Shown one piece after another: positions 16,711 to 25,265 of a stretch of DNA of 32,000 nucleotides. A program made the translations under genes and the position numbers. Source of the DNA: Desulfobacteraceae bacterium (GTDB lineage Bacteria; Desulfobacterota; DSM-4660; Desulfatiglandales; HGW-15); contig JASFHE010000003.1 of NCBI GenBank assembly GCA_050123415.1, positions 7,794-39,793 on the forward strand, in the 5' to 3' direction. Below the pieces are notes generated by a model. It had not been told where the DNA came from. It searched no databases and was given only the letters and a program-made list of their open reading frames with translations. Numbering within the stretch: the first letter of the stretch is position 1; each line of letters starts with the position of its first letter.

Positions 16711-17706
16711 TTAAATTTGCTCAACATAAGGTCTTTCTACCTTGAAGACCTTTTTATTTTTATACCTGCCGGCATAACCTTCGAATAGTTTTATATCCTC
16801 AACCTTTGCTATTAACGGATTCTGATAATTTTTATCAAGAATCAGTATATCCCCTTCTCTAAGGTTTAAAAAATCACCGACTGAGAGCGCTGCGTTACCG
16901 AGATCAACATTCATTGTTACTTCTGTTCCTCTCAACTGTCTTTCCATACTCTCTATCCAGTTCCTGTCCAGTTGCGTTACTTCTTCATCATCATCTCTGT
17001 AGTCGCCTGCAAGTTTGTGTCTTATAGGCTGATATGAAGCATATGGAAAACATATGATAACGTTGCCAAGCACCTTGGCAAGTTCAATTTCAAATTTTGT
17101 TGATATGAGCAGTTCTTCACCCGGGATAACATTTACAACAAGAGGATTGCTCTCGGATCTTACAAACTCCGTCTTTATGGGATGCACATCTTCCCATGCC
17201 TCTACAAGGTTATGCAGAGCCATGTGAACAACCTTGTCTATTATCCTGTTTTCGATTGAAGTAAATTCTCTTCCTTCTATCTTTGTGGCTCCGACTCCCG
17301 TTCCTCCGAAATAGGCCTCAACCAGGCTGAATACAAGCCTGCTTTCAACAACAATTATTCCCATTCCCCTTAAAGGCTCTATTTTAAAGAGGTGCATACT
17401 TGTGGGGACAGGCAGGGAACGCTGAAAATCGCTGTATTTGACAGTTTCTATAGGATCAGGGGTAACATCGAGCATCTTGCGAAGTGAATTTGAAAGACTC
17501 CCTCTTAGCTTATGGCTGAACCTGGTGTTTACTACTTCCAGAAGAGGCATATTGCCTCTGATATTCAGCCCGGCGGTAGCCCAGTCAAAGGAGTTAATAT
17601 CCAGATCCTCATCCGCTATATCTAAATCATCGCTGCTGCCGATGTCTCCCGTATCCAGGCCCTTTAACAGGGAATCAACTTCATCTTGTGATAACAGTTT
17701 GTTCAT
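16711..17706 (-). CDS. fliM: Flagellar C-ring switch protein FliM
   Basis: 331 aa. The N-terminal CheY-P binding motif LSQDEVDSLL is present. The middle domain (LEPLRG, GGxG-type) and C-terminal SpoA-like domain are colinear with FliM. Confidence 0.94.
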   Translation of the reverse strand: MNKLLSQDEVDSLLKGLDTGDIGSSDDLDIADEDLDINSFDWATAGLNIRGNMPLLEVVNTRFSHKLRGSLSNSLRKMLDVTPDPIETVKYSDFQRSLPVPTSMHLFKIEPLRGMGIIVVESRLVFSLVEAYFGGTGVGATKIEGREFTSIENRIIDKVVHMALHNLVEAWEDVHPIKTEFVRSESNPLVVNVIPGEELLISTKFEIELAKVLGNVIICFPYASYQPIRHKLAGDYRDDDEEVTQLDRNWIESMERQLRGTEVTMNVDLGNAALSVGDFLNLREGDILILDKNYQNPLIAKVEDIKLFEGYAGRYKNKKVFKVERPYVEQI

Positions 17707-17754
17707 ATTCTAAATTACCAAAACTATATTGTTATTATTTATAAAAACAGGCTA

Positions 17755-18267
17755 TTACTGAACAATAAAGTCCGTGAAATAGACATTCCTGACTTTGCCG
17801 GCTGTCAGGTTCTGGTTAAGGGTTGAAATTATCTCTGCCCTCAGCTGAAACTTGCCTTCAAGTGTGTTGATGTCCTCGTTTGACTTTGAACTGAGCATAG
17901 TAAGGATTGCATCCCTGACCTGCGGAAGGCGTTTTTCTATTTCTATTGTGGTTTTTTCCGAATCGAGCTCAAGTTCCACCTTTGCCTTTAGATAATTTTT
18001 ACCTCGTCCGCCGACCAGGTTAACAATAAAAGTGTCCAGTGAATAGATCGGACCCATCTCCTGTTTGCCTCCCTCTTCATCAAGCGCGGCCTCATCGGGA
18101 TCCCCGGACATTATTCCGCTTTTCCATACATAGATCCCTCCGCCAAGAAGACACAGGACAAGAATACTTATAATAATAAGATTTATCGGTACCTTTTTTC
18201 TCTCAGGCGTGCCTTCCTGAGTTTCCTTGTCTTCTTCCTCTAATTCGTCTTTTTCTTCTTTGGCCAT
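17755..18267 (-). CDS. fliL: Flagellar basal-body-associated protein FliL
   Basis: 170 aa with an acidic N-terminus and a single TM helix. FliL motifs: IYSLDTFIVNL, YLKAKVELELD, LPQVRDAILTMLS, VRNVYFTDFIVQ. Confidence 0.9.
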   Translation of the reverse strand: MAKEEKDELEEEDKETQEGTPERKKVPINLIIISILVLCLLGGGIYVWKSGIMSGDPDEAALDEEGGKQEMGPIYSLDTFIVNLVGGRGKNYLKAKVELELDSEKTTIEIEKRLPQVRDAILTMLSSKSNEDINTLEGKFQLRAEIISTLNQNLTAGKVRNVYFTDFIVQ

Positions 18268-18295
18268 TTAAAAAAATCTCCCGGTGGATTATTGG

Positions 18296-19060
18296 TTATT
18301 TAAAACTTGTTTCACGCAGGTCCGGTGAAAGAAAGGCATTTAACTTCTGTTCGAGGAGCCTGGGATTATCACCCTTTGCTATGGACATGATACCCTCGGA
18401 CATCAGTCCTTTCATTAAAACTTCTTCTGTGCTTTTAGTTCTTAGTTTTCCTGCTATGGGAAGGCATACGATGTTCGCCATTACCGAACCGTAAAAGGTC
18501 GTTAAAAGGGCAACTGCCATGGCCGGGCCTATACTGCTTGGATCGTCCATTGTCTGAAGCATCTGCACAAGTCCTATCAGGGTGCCGACCATACCCATGG
18601 CAGGTGCAAATGTCCCGAGGGTGGTAAATATATCTGCTCCGAGTTTATGTCTTTCCTTAATATTTTCTATTTCCGTATCAAGTATGTCCTTTATGGAAAC
18701 CGGTTCCAGTCCGTCCACGGAGAGTTGAAGTCCTTTTTTCATAAAATCATCGGAGATTTCATTCAGGGCCGTCTCAAGCGCAAGAATTCCCTCTCTTCTG
18801 GCGGTTCCCGCGAGACCGACAAAGTTGCTGATCAATTCTTTTGCAGTAAAAGGTTTTATGAAGAACGCGTTTTTGACAACCTTTGATACCTTTAACATAT
18901 CGGGAAGAGGGTAGTTAATCATTGCCGCCCCGATAGTGCCGCCAACAACAATCATTAAAGATCGGACTTCAATAAACATGGAAAGTGAACCACCGAACAT
19001 AATTGCCGATAATACGAGAGTGAAGGCGGAAACTATTCCTATAACGGTTGCGATATCCAT
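18296..19060 (-). CDS. motA: Flagellar stator A subunit (MotA/PomA family)
   Basis: 254 aa with a four-TM layout. It has the cytoplasmic loop ARREGILALE and the channel motifs FAPAMGMVGTLIGLVQML and LLTTFYGSVMANIVCLPIAGKL. The ATG has a GGAGAAG SD. No B-subunit gene follows. Confidence 0.88.
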   Translation of the reverse strand: MDIATVIGIVSAFTLVLSAIMFGGSLSMFIEVRSLMIVVGGTIGAAMINYPLPDMLKVSKVVKNAFFIKPFTAKELISNFVGLAGTARREGILALETALNEISDDFMKKGLQLSVDGLEPVSIKDILDTEIENIKERHKLGADIFTTLGTFAPAMGMVGTLIGLVQMLQTMDDPSSIGPAMAVALLTTFYGSVMANIVCLPIAGKLRTKSTEEVLMKGLMSEGIMSIAKGDNPRLLEQKLNAFLSPDLRETSFK

Positions 19061-19102
19061 AAAAGACTTCTCCAGATATTTAAAGAAATTTACTTACTTT
19101 AA

Positions 19103-19118
19103 AGCAACCTCTGTGCCA
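19103..19118 (-). promoter_or_regulatory. Sigma-54 (-24/-12) promoter of the motA-fliL...fliA unit
   Basis: The minus strand reads TGGCAC-agagg-TTGCT, a perfect consensus match. The -12 C lies 44 nt upstream of the motA ATG (19060). Confidence 0.8.
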
Positions 19119-19263
19119 TATTGGATTTAAAAGAAATATATTTTTGTTTGCGGCCTGTATGCGGCGTTAACATGCTGTAATAACAGTATAAAACCATTCG
19201 ATAAGATTTTGATGTGTCAAAGGAATGACGGGAAATTGGTGATAATAACCCTGTAGAACGTGT

Positions 19264-19287
19264 CAAAATATTGGCAATAATATTTTG
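19264..19287. repeat. Perfect 9-bp inverted repeat CAAAATATT-N6-AATATTTTG; candidate regulator site
   Basis: Read directly from the sequence. It lies ~150 bp upstream of the motA sigma-54 promoter. It shares the (T)GTCAA(A)ATATT core with the inverted repeat at 31402-31467. Confidence 0.4.
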
Positions 19288-19352
19288 AGTAAAGGAATGT
19301 CAAAAAACATTCGTTTTTGAGGCAGAACCGGGGCAATGCCCGATTGGGTGAA

Positions 19353-19399
19353 TGTCTGTCGACAAAGGAAAAAGGGGTGATTTCTTCTGTCGACAGACA
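19353..19399. repeat. Perfect 12-bp inverted repeat TGTCTGTCGACA-N23-TGTCGACAGACA
   Basis: Read directly from the sequence. Each arm contains a GTCGAC palindrome. It lies ~135-180 nt downstream of the flgE stop and ~235-280 bp upstream of the motA sigma-54 promoter. It could be a UAS or an RNA stem-loop. Confidence 0.45.
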
Positions 19400-19532
19400 A
19401 TTTACCCATCCGGAGGCAACCATTAAGGCGCCCTGGCAGAAAAACTCTATTAGCTGCTTTACACTTATTGCCTTTTTGTGAATATTCAGATGATCACAGG
19501 GCAGGCATTATACCTTTTATCTTATCAAATCA

Positions 19533-21272
19533 TTATCGTTTCAGGTTGATCAGTTCGGAAAGCATCTGGTCGGTAACGGTAATGATTTTTGAATTTGCCT
19601 GAAAACCTCTCTGCGTGGTAATCATCTTGACAAATTCATTTGCTATATCCACATTGGACTGTTCCAGTGAATTGGGCGCTATGCTTCCAAGACCGTTTGT
19701 GCCCGGAAGGTTTGTTGTTGCAGGACCGCTTTCTCTGGTCTCTCTGTACAGATTACCGCCTTCTTTATAGAGTCCCTGAAGATTTTGAAATTTGGCAAGT
19801 GCTATTTTATAGAGAGGAAGTACCTGCCCGTTGGAATATACCCCGGTAATAAGACCGTCTACATCAACATCAATTCCTTCCAGAGCTCCTGCTCCGTATC
19901 CGTCAGCATCTCGATAGATAGTTGTGGAGCCTTGACCTTCTGCGTATTGGGTTGTGGGCTGTGAATCAGGCACAAATGTTGAGCCGTTCCACCTTAGGCC
20001 CAGGTCAAGAGCTATATCCATGCCTGTTGAGCTACCGCCGATAAAATCTGCTGAAAATTCATAATAGCCATCGCTATTAATATTGGATATGTCACTGGCA
20101 GTCCAATCATCGGAACCTTTAATGTCGATTTGTATTGTTTCATTTGCTGCTGCGGGTGGGGTGAGCTTAATTGTAACATCGGTACCGGCTGTCCCTCCGA
20201 AATCAATATTTATCTGATCTGCTGTTCCGGTTATGGTTACTCCTGTCATGGCAGCTCCAGTGCTGGCGTCAATCCAATTTGTACCGTTCCATTCCAGATC
20301 ACCTCCCTGGGTAGTCCAGTTGGCCGCCTCAGCAGCAGTCAGTTCTTCCGGATTGTTTACAATAACTTCGACATCGCCGTTGGGGTTATTGGTATAATAT
20401 GTACCAGTACTGCTGTCACAGGTTACCGCCTGAACGGCTCCTGTTGACCCAGTGAGTTCTGACATTGTAATGCCTGTTATAAAACCTTCAGACTCATTAA
20501 ACGAAAGGGTTCCCCGTGCCAGTAGCCCGGCATTTCTTGTTCCTGCCATGCCTGCTCTTTTATCTTCATCCGGATTGCAGGTTATAATATACTCCCATTC
20601 CGAATCCGATATTTTGTCATAAATTATTGTAACATCATGTGTGCTGCCTAATGAATCATATGCCTTGACAGGTGTCTGATATTCATAAGCTGTAGCTGCT
20701 ATCGGAGGAGATTGTGTCCCATCCCAGGAGCTTGACAGGATTGAAGAGAGGCTCTTTGCATTCCCGTCAAGATTAGCAATAATATTTATGTTTTCCGTTT
20801 GCTGTGGCGGTGAGGTGAATGAGTCCATTGCAATATCAGTTGTAGTGCCGATAATATTTCCCAGTGCGTCGACCTCCCAGCCCTGTACAACATAGCCTTC
20901 GGGATTTATCATATTACCTTCCCTGTCAAAACGAAAGTTGCCGGCCCTGGTATAGTAGAGACTGTTGGAGCCAGCCTCTCTTACTGCGAAAAAACCGTCA
21001 CCGCCTATTGCCAGGTCAGTTGTGTTACCTGTTGATTCAAAGGAACCTTGTTCAAATGTGGCATAGATATCCGAAAGTGCGGTACCCCGGCCAACCTGTG
21101 ATGTGCCTGCCCTTGTAAACATGTTCTGGCTTAAAAGGTCCTGAAATGTAAAACTGCTGCTTTTAAAAGCAACTGTGTTTACGTTTGAAATGTTGTCACC
21201 TATAATCTGCATAGCATTACCCAGATTACTTAAACCGCTTATTCCTGAAAAAAGTGCGCTTGATAGAGCCAT
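19533..21272 (-). CDS. flgE: Flagellar hook protein FlgE (long form, 579 aa)
   Basis: N-terminus MALSSALFSGISGLSNLGNAMQIIGDNISNVNTVAFK and C-terminus LEQSNVDIANEFVKMITTQRGFQANSKIITVTDQMLSELINLKR. The motifs GDGFFAV and YYTRAGNFRFD are present. Confidence 0.94.
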   Translation of the reverse strand: MALSSALFSGISGLSNLGNAMQIIGDNISNVNTVAFKSSSFTFQDLLSQNMFTRAGTSQVGRGTALSDIYATFEQGSFESTGNTTDLAIGGDGFFAVREAGSNSLYYTRAGNFRFDREGNMINPEGYVVQGWEVDALGNIIGTTTDIAMDSFTSPPQQTENINIIANLDGNAKSLSSILSSSWDGTQSPPIAATAYEYQTPVKAYDSLGSTHDVTIIYDKISDSEWEYIITCNPDEDKRAGMAGTRNAGLLARGTLSFNESEGFITGITMSELTGSTGAVQAVTCDSSTGTYYTNNPNGDVEVIVNNPEELTAAEAANWTTQGGDLEWNGTNWIDASTGAAMTGVTITGTADQINIDFGGTAGTDVTIKLTPPAAANETIQIDIKGSDDWTASDISNINSDGYYEFSADFIGGSSTGMDIALDLGLRWNGSTFVPDSQPTTQYAEGQGSTTIYRDADGYGAGALEGIDVDVDGLITGVYSNGQVLPLYKIALAKFQNLQGLYKEGGNLYRETRESGPATTNLPGTNGLGSIAPNSLEQSNVDIANEFVKMITTQRGFQANSKIITVTDQMLSELINLKR

Positions 21273-21335
21273 AATTACCTCCTGTTTGCCTCCCTAGAGT
21301 TTGTTGTTTTCCGGTTTCTGGCCGGATATTAAAGG

Positions 21336-22019
21336 TTATTCTGTTTCTGTTTCGTTTTCATTGAAGTTAATATTTTTTAATTGAGCCATGGTTAGCGGTA
21401 TCTGATCTATATACATGACCGGCTCTTCCGATTCCATATTTACCCTTGTGATCGTGCCCTGTATGTATTTCTCACTTGCTACGATATCTCCTGAAGGAGA
21501 AACAGCCCTCAATGCATAGATATACATACCTGATGTAAGAAGATTTCCTTCATCATCCAAGCCTTCCCACTCAAAGGTATGGTTTCCGGCTTCAAGAAGA
21601 TCCAGTTCTATATCCCTGATTGCATTCCCGTCTTCATCATATATGCGTATCACGCATTCGGCAGTTTCTTCCAAATGGAAGGCGCCTTTGGCAGATTCTC
21701 CATCACTGAGTATCAGTTTATTGCTTTCTGCCTGGACTTCCTTTCCTATAAGGTTAAGAACCTGATACCTGCTGTCATTACTCTGAATACTTTCAATTGA
21801 TTCAAGATTCTCGTTAACATTATAAAGCTGTTCCAGTGTACTGAATTGTGCCAGTTGCGCGCTGAACTGGCTTGTATCCATTGGATTGAGAGGATCCTGA
21901 TGATTCATCTGAGCAAGAAAGAGCTTCATGAACGCATCACGTCCAAGTCTGTCCTCTTCAGGAGTTGCATAGGGATTTTCTTCTTCGAAATGGGGTAATG
22001 CATTAATTCCTGATACCAT
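21336..22019 (-). CDS. flgD: Flagellar hook assembly/capping protein FlgD
   Basis: 227 aa. It has the motif DAFMKLFLAQMNHQDPLNPMDTSQFSAQLAQFSTLEQL and a FlgD Ig-like C-terminal half. Confidence 0.92.
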   Translation of the reverse strand: MVSGINALPHFEEENPYATPEEDRLGRDAFMKLFLAQMNHQDPLNPMDTSQFSAQLAQFSTLEQLYNVNENLESIESIQSNDSRYQVLNLIGKEVQAESNKLILSDGESAKGAFHLEETAECVIRIYDEDGNAIRDIELDLLEAGNHTFEWEGLDDEGNLLTSGMYIYALRAVSPSGDIVASEKYIQGTITRVNMESEEPVMYIDQIPLTMAQLKNINFNENETETE

Positions 22020-22041
22020 TTATTAAGTCCTCTCTTTCTCT

Positions 22042-24027
22042 CTATACATGAATGTCTATCTGACTATCGTCTATCAGATTTTTATTGATTGATTGAGAAG
22101 CCTGTATCCCTTCGGGATCATCTGTGATTAATCCTGATTCCTGAGAATTACGTCCCGGGCGTTTTCCGTTCTTTCCTTCTGCCCAGGTGTTGCTGTCTCT
22201 CGGTTCACCGTAATCAAGGCCGACCATCACATCAAACCTGTCAACGGTCAGGCCCTGGTCATTCAACTGCTGTTTGAGTTGATTCAGATTTGCCTCTATT
22301 ATTTCCTTAACAACAGCATTTTCGGTGCCGAGGCTCGCGTGGATGTGACCGTTTTTAATTGTAAGATCTATATCCAGCTTTCCAAGGTCCGGAGGTGTTA
22401 TCTGCAGCCTGCTTTTATATTCACCTGTCCGGATCATGATCATCATTTTATCTACGATCCTTGGAAGCGGATCAGGAAGACTGGCTGAGGTATTGGGCTG
22501 ATTGACTTTCCCGATGTTTTTTATTTCTTTTTCATGGGAAATATTGAGGCCGGATATATCCTGGGTTTCTTTTACCGGAAAGTCACTGCTGTCTTTTCCC
22601 GCGGAACCATGCCTGAGAGTCTGTGCATTGCCTTCGGCTGATTTTGCAAGCTGAGCGGCATTTGCTTTTCTCTCTGCCATTTTAAGAATTTCCGTAAGGT
22701 TCAGTTTCAGGCTCCCCTGGTCTGCTGCTGAAAATAAAGGATCATTTTTTATTGCCCAAGAGACTTTATCACTTAACATGGATGACTTTAGAGTATTATC
22801 AGTTAGACCGTTATTTATTTTTAGACTGAAGGAATCGAGAAAACTCTTAAGGTCCCTGTCAGAAGCCCCCTTGCTTTTCAGGAATGCGGCAATGTCCTCT
22901 TTTATTGGATCCCCGAGCACTCCTGAGATAACCTGTTTTTCTCCCTTGAGGATACTGAGCATTTTTTGGTTGCCGGGATCAGCTTCTCCGGATGCAGCGC
23001 CTTTTTCAAGGTTTATTTTTGTAAAGGCCATATCAAGCTTTTCTAAAAGGGTTTTGATATCTTCTTCCATGATACCCTTTTCCTTCAGTATGGCCTCAAT
23101 ATTCTGCATTATTTCCTTTTGGGACTTATCTGTAAGATTTAAACCTGCATCTGTCTTTGAATCCTCTGTGTTGAACAGGCGTTCATTGACCTGGATATTG
23201 TTTTTTGAAAAGAGTGAGATAAGATCAGATTCCGAGAGAGGTCCTGATAAATATTTATTAAGCTCAGCCGAAAGTTTTCCCAGTTCAAGTTCACCTTTGC
23301 CGTTTTTACTGTTCTCGATAATTTTTTTTACGTCTCCAACCCCTAATCCCATTTTAAAAAGAATTTCCTGTACACCCGGGATCTGGGACGATTCGATAAA
23401 AGATCTGTCTTTCTTATCTCCGGTCAAAAGATCATTTATATTTCCTGTCAGAGAGGTATTCTTATTATGAAGGCTGGAAAAGAAAGTTCCGAAATTATCA
23501 GGATTAACACCCTGTTCACTCAGGAAAGATGAAAACAGGTCTTTGAATGATGACACAAGCATCAGACCCTGTTTATTTGCTGTCGAGCTGATACCGGACA
23601 GGCCTGCCAGTACTTTATCAAGCCGGATAGAGCCGTTGCTGTCTTTTGAAGAGGAAATGACCTGGTTGATATCTTTTAAAGAGAATCCCTGCTTTTCCAG
23701 GAATGCTATAAGCGGATTCTGCAGGGAGTCAGGTACAATCAGATCTTCATTTTTGTGCTGCCTGTTTCCTGATGAGTTTTTTCCGGGTGAACTTATTTCG
23801 GCATTTAAATTTTCAGAATTTGATCTTAATCCTGAATTTAAGGAACTATTAGCGCTGTTATCTGAATATAATGTTGAATCCCAGCTGCTGTTACTGTCTC
23901 TCCCGCTAAGGCTGTCAAATATGGCCTGAAAGATATCATCACCTTTACTGTTTGCTGGTTTAAATCCTTCGGATGTTCCGACTCTGCTGGGTGTCGGTAG
24001 CATATTTATATCTGGCAGTGTACTCAT
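22042..24027 (-). CDS. fliK: Flagellar hook-length control protein FliK (661 aa)
   Basis: The C-terminal Flg_hook-type domain reads SRLQITPPDLGKLDIDLTIKNGHIHASLGTENAVVKEIIEANLNQLKQQLNDQGLTVDRFDV. The N-terminus is S/N-rich and disordered. Its position between the ylxF-like gene and flgD is conserved. Confidence 0.88.
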   Translation of the reverse strand: MSTLPDINMLPTPSRVGTSEGFKPANSKGDDIFQAIFDSLSGRDSNSSWDSTLYSDNSANSSLNSGLRSNSENLNAEISSPGKNSSGNRQHKNEDLIVPDSLQNPLIAFLEKQGFSLKDINQVISSSKDSNGSIRLDKVLAGLSGISSTANKQGLMLVSSFKDLFSSFLSEQGVNPDNFGTFFSSLHNKNTSLTGNINDLLTGDKKDRSFIESSQIPGVQEILFKMGLGVGDVKKIIENSKNGKGELELGKLSAELNKYLSGPLSESDLISLFSKNNIQVNERLFNTEDSKTDAGLNLTDKSQKEIMQNIEAILKEKGIMEEDIKTLLEKLDMAFTKINLEKGAASGEADPGNQKMLSILKGEKQVISGVLGDPIKEDIAAFLKSKGASDRDLKSFLDSFSLKINNGLTDNTLKSSMLSDKVSWAIKNDPLFSAADQGSLKLNLTEILKMAERKANAAQLAKSAEGNAQTLRHGSAGKDSSDFPVKETQDISGLNISHEKEIKNIGKVNQPNTSASLPDPLPRIVDKMMIMIRTGEYKSRLQITPPDLGKLDIDLTIKNGHIHASLGTENAVVKEIIEANLNQLKQQLNDQGLTVDRFDVMVGLDYGEPRDSNTWAEGKNGKRPGRNSQESGLITDDPEGIQASQSINKNLIDDSQIDIHV

Positions 24028-24073
24028 TAAGTTTCCTTATATATAAAATTTAGTCATCGTTGATTTCCTATTA

Positions 24074-24089
24074 AGCAATGGCTGTGCCA
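24074..24089 (-). promoter_or_regulatory. Sigma-54 (-24/-12) promoter of fliK-flgD-flgE
   Basis: The minus strand reads TGGCAC-agcca-TTGCT, a perfect consensus match. The -12 C lies 48 nt upstream of the fliK ATG (24027), which has an AAGGAAA SD. Confidence 0.8.
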
Positions 24090-24252
24090 AAACATGCCAA
24101 ATGAAAAAAGGCAATAAAAACAAGGTAATATGGGTATGAAATTTGTTTGGATGGCATTTCGCAATGGTAAAAATTACCATTTGTAAATATGGCTGGGAAA
24201 TTTTTTCCCGGTGGATTGTTTAGAAATGTCCGGGTGAGGTATAAAAAGGCTG

Positions 24253-24885
24253 TTATTCCCTTTCACTGAGTCTTGCGCTTATTGTTGCACCTTTTTCAGG
24301 GGGCATCTCTGCCATGATCGCGCCTGCGTTCTTGCCTTTCATATTGCCAAGAATCCTCACTACGATATCAAGCTGCAGTTTATCCAGGATTACAGCGGCT
24401 TTATTCGCTTCCATTGAGCTGTATGTTTTAACCAGATGAGAGATTTTTGCATCCTGCAGGGCCTTTTCTCTTTCGGCAAGTTTTATTGCGTATGCATTCA
24501 GACTGTTTTGAAGATCATTGATTTCCGCCATTCTGGTTTCTACTTCTTCTTTAAGGGGTATGAGTTCTGCTTCCATTTTTTTTATTTTGGCTTCTCTTTC
24601 AGAAAGCTCCTGCTCCCTTTTACGGAGCCTGGACTCCCATTCCTCAAGGCTTTGTTCATCTTCCGCAGGTACTTCCTGCGCCATTGCTACATCAGTAGCT
24701 GTAATATTCAGAGGTGGTGTCCGTAGAAAAACGCCGCTGATTACGACTTTAACAGCAAGAAGGAGAAAAAACAGCACCAGAGTTGTTACATAGAAGTTTG
24801 GCTTTAGAGGAAACTTTTTCCATGTCTTATTACCGCTGCTTCGTTTATCTCCTTGAGTTCCAATTGGTTCTGATCGTGATGCCAT
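24253..24885 (-). CDS. Flagellar membrane protein with an MgtE-N-like C-terminal domain (YlxF/FlbB/MotE-family-like)
   Basis: 210 aa with a basic N-terminal tail, one TM helix (VTTLVLFFLLLAVKVVISGVFL) and a coiled coil. The C-terminus YSSMEANKAAVILDKLQLDIVVRILGNMKGKNAGAIMAEMPPEKGATISARL resembles the MgtE-N/MotE repeat. It holds the position between fliJ and fliK that ylxF occupies in the Bacillus fla/che operon. It overlaps the fliJ 3' end by 82 nt. Confidence 0.65.
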   Translation of the reverse strand: MASRSEPIGTQGDKRSSGNKTWKKFPLKPNFYVTTLVLFFLLLAVKVVISGVFLRTPPLNITATDVAMAQEVPAEDEQSLEEWESRLRKREQELSEREAKIKKMEAELIPLKEEVETRMAEINDLQNSLNAYAIKLAEREKALQDAKISHLVKTYSSMEANKAAVILDKLQLDIVVRILGNMKGKNAGAIMAEMPPEKGATISARLSERE

Positions 24886-25247
24886 TTTTCAAAATCCCTT
24901 TCCTTTAATTTTTCAAAAACTTTACACTGCCTGGATTTTTCGAGCAGATTTTTCCTTTTTTCAAATACTGCCTGTTCAGCTTTAAGGCGCTCTATTTTTT
25001 TCATTTCAATCCTGATCAGCAGCGCGTTTTTGAATTCCGAGTGGTTTATTATGTCATTGGATGACATGATATTTCTCATATTTTTTTCAAGGTCATCATT
25101 TGCCTTTGTTATCTCATCCCTGCAGGCAATGATCTGATCATTTATTTTTCTTACGGCGCTTTGTGCCTTTGCAAATTCGATAGCAGCTTTTTCCTTCAGG
25201 TGCTCCCGATAGGTCAGAATCGATTCATATCTGAATTTAAATTTCAA
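24804..25247 (-). CDS. fliJ: Flagellar export chaperone/stalk protein FliJ
   Basis: 147-aa all-helical coiled coil (FRYESILTYREHLKEKAAIEFAKAQ...) immediately after fliI. The start codon is TTG (25245-25247) with SD GAGGGAG 9 nt upstream. Confidence 0.85.
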   Translation of the reverse strand: MKFKFRYESILTYREHLKEKAAIEFAKAQSAVRKINDQIIACRDEITKANDDLEKNMRNIMSSNDIINHSEFKNALLIRIEMKKIERLKAEQAVFEKRKNLLEKSRQCKVFEKLKERDFEKWHHDQNQLELKEINEAAVIRHGKSFL

Positions 25248-25265
25248 TCGATTGAACTCCCTCTA

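Noticed and set aside
19217-19423. 68-aa minus-strand ORF in the flgE/motA spacer, in the position where flbD sits in spirochaetes.
   Set aside because: No resemblance to FlbD. The composition is C/F/Y-rich, typical of translated AT-rich non-coding DNA. The SD is weak. The ORF spans the inverted and direct repeats, which are better explained as regulatory DNA.
24154-24198. Two small palindromes after the ylxF-like stop, considered as terminators: TGGTAAaaaTTACCA (24154-24168) and GGGAAAtttTTTCCC (24184-24198).
   Set aside because: The stems are only 6 bp and AT-rich, with no proper U-tract. They are too weak to call intrinsic terminators. They may be protein sites upstream of the fliK sigma-54 promoter, but that is unsupported.
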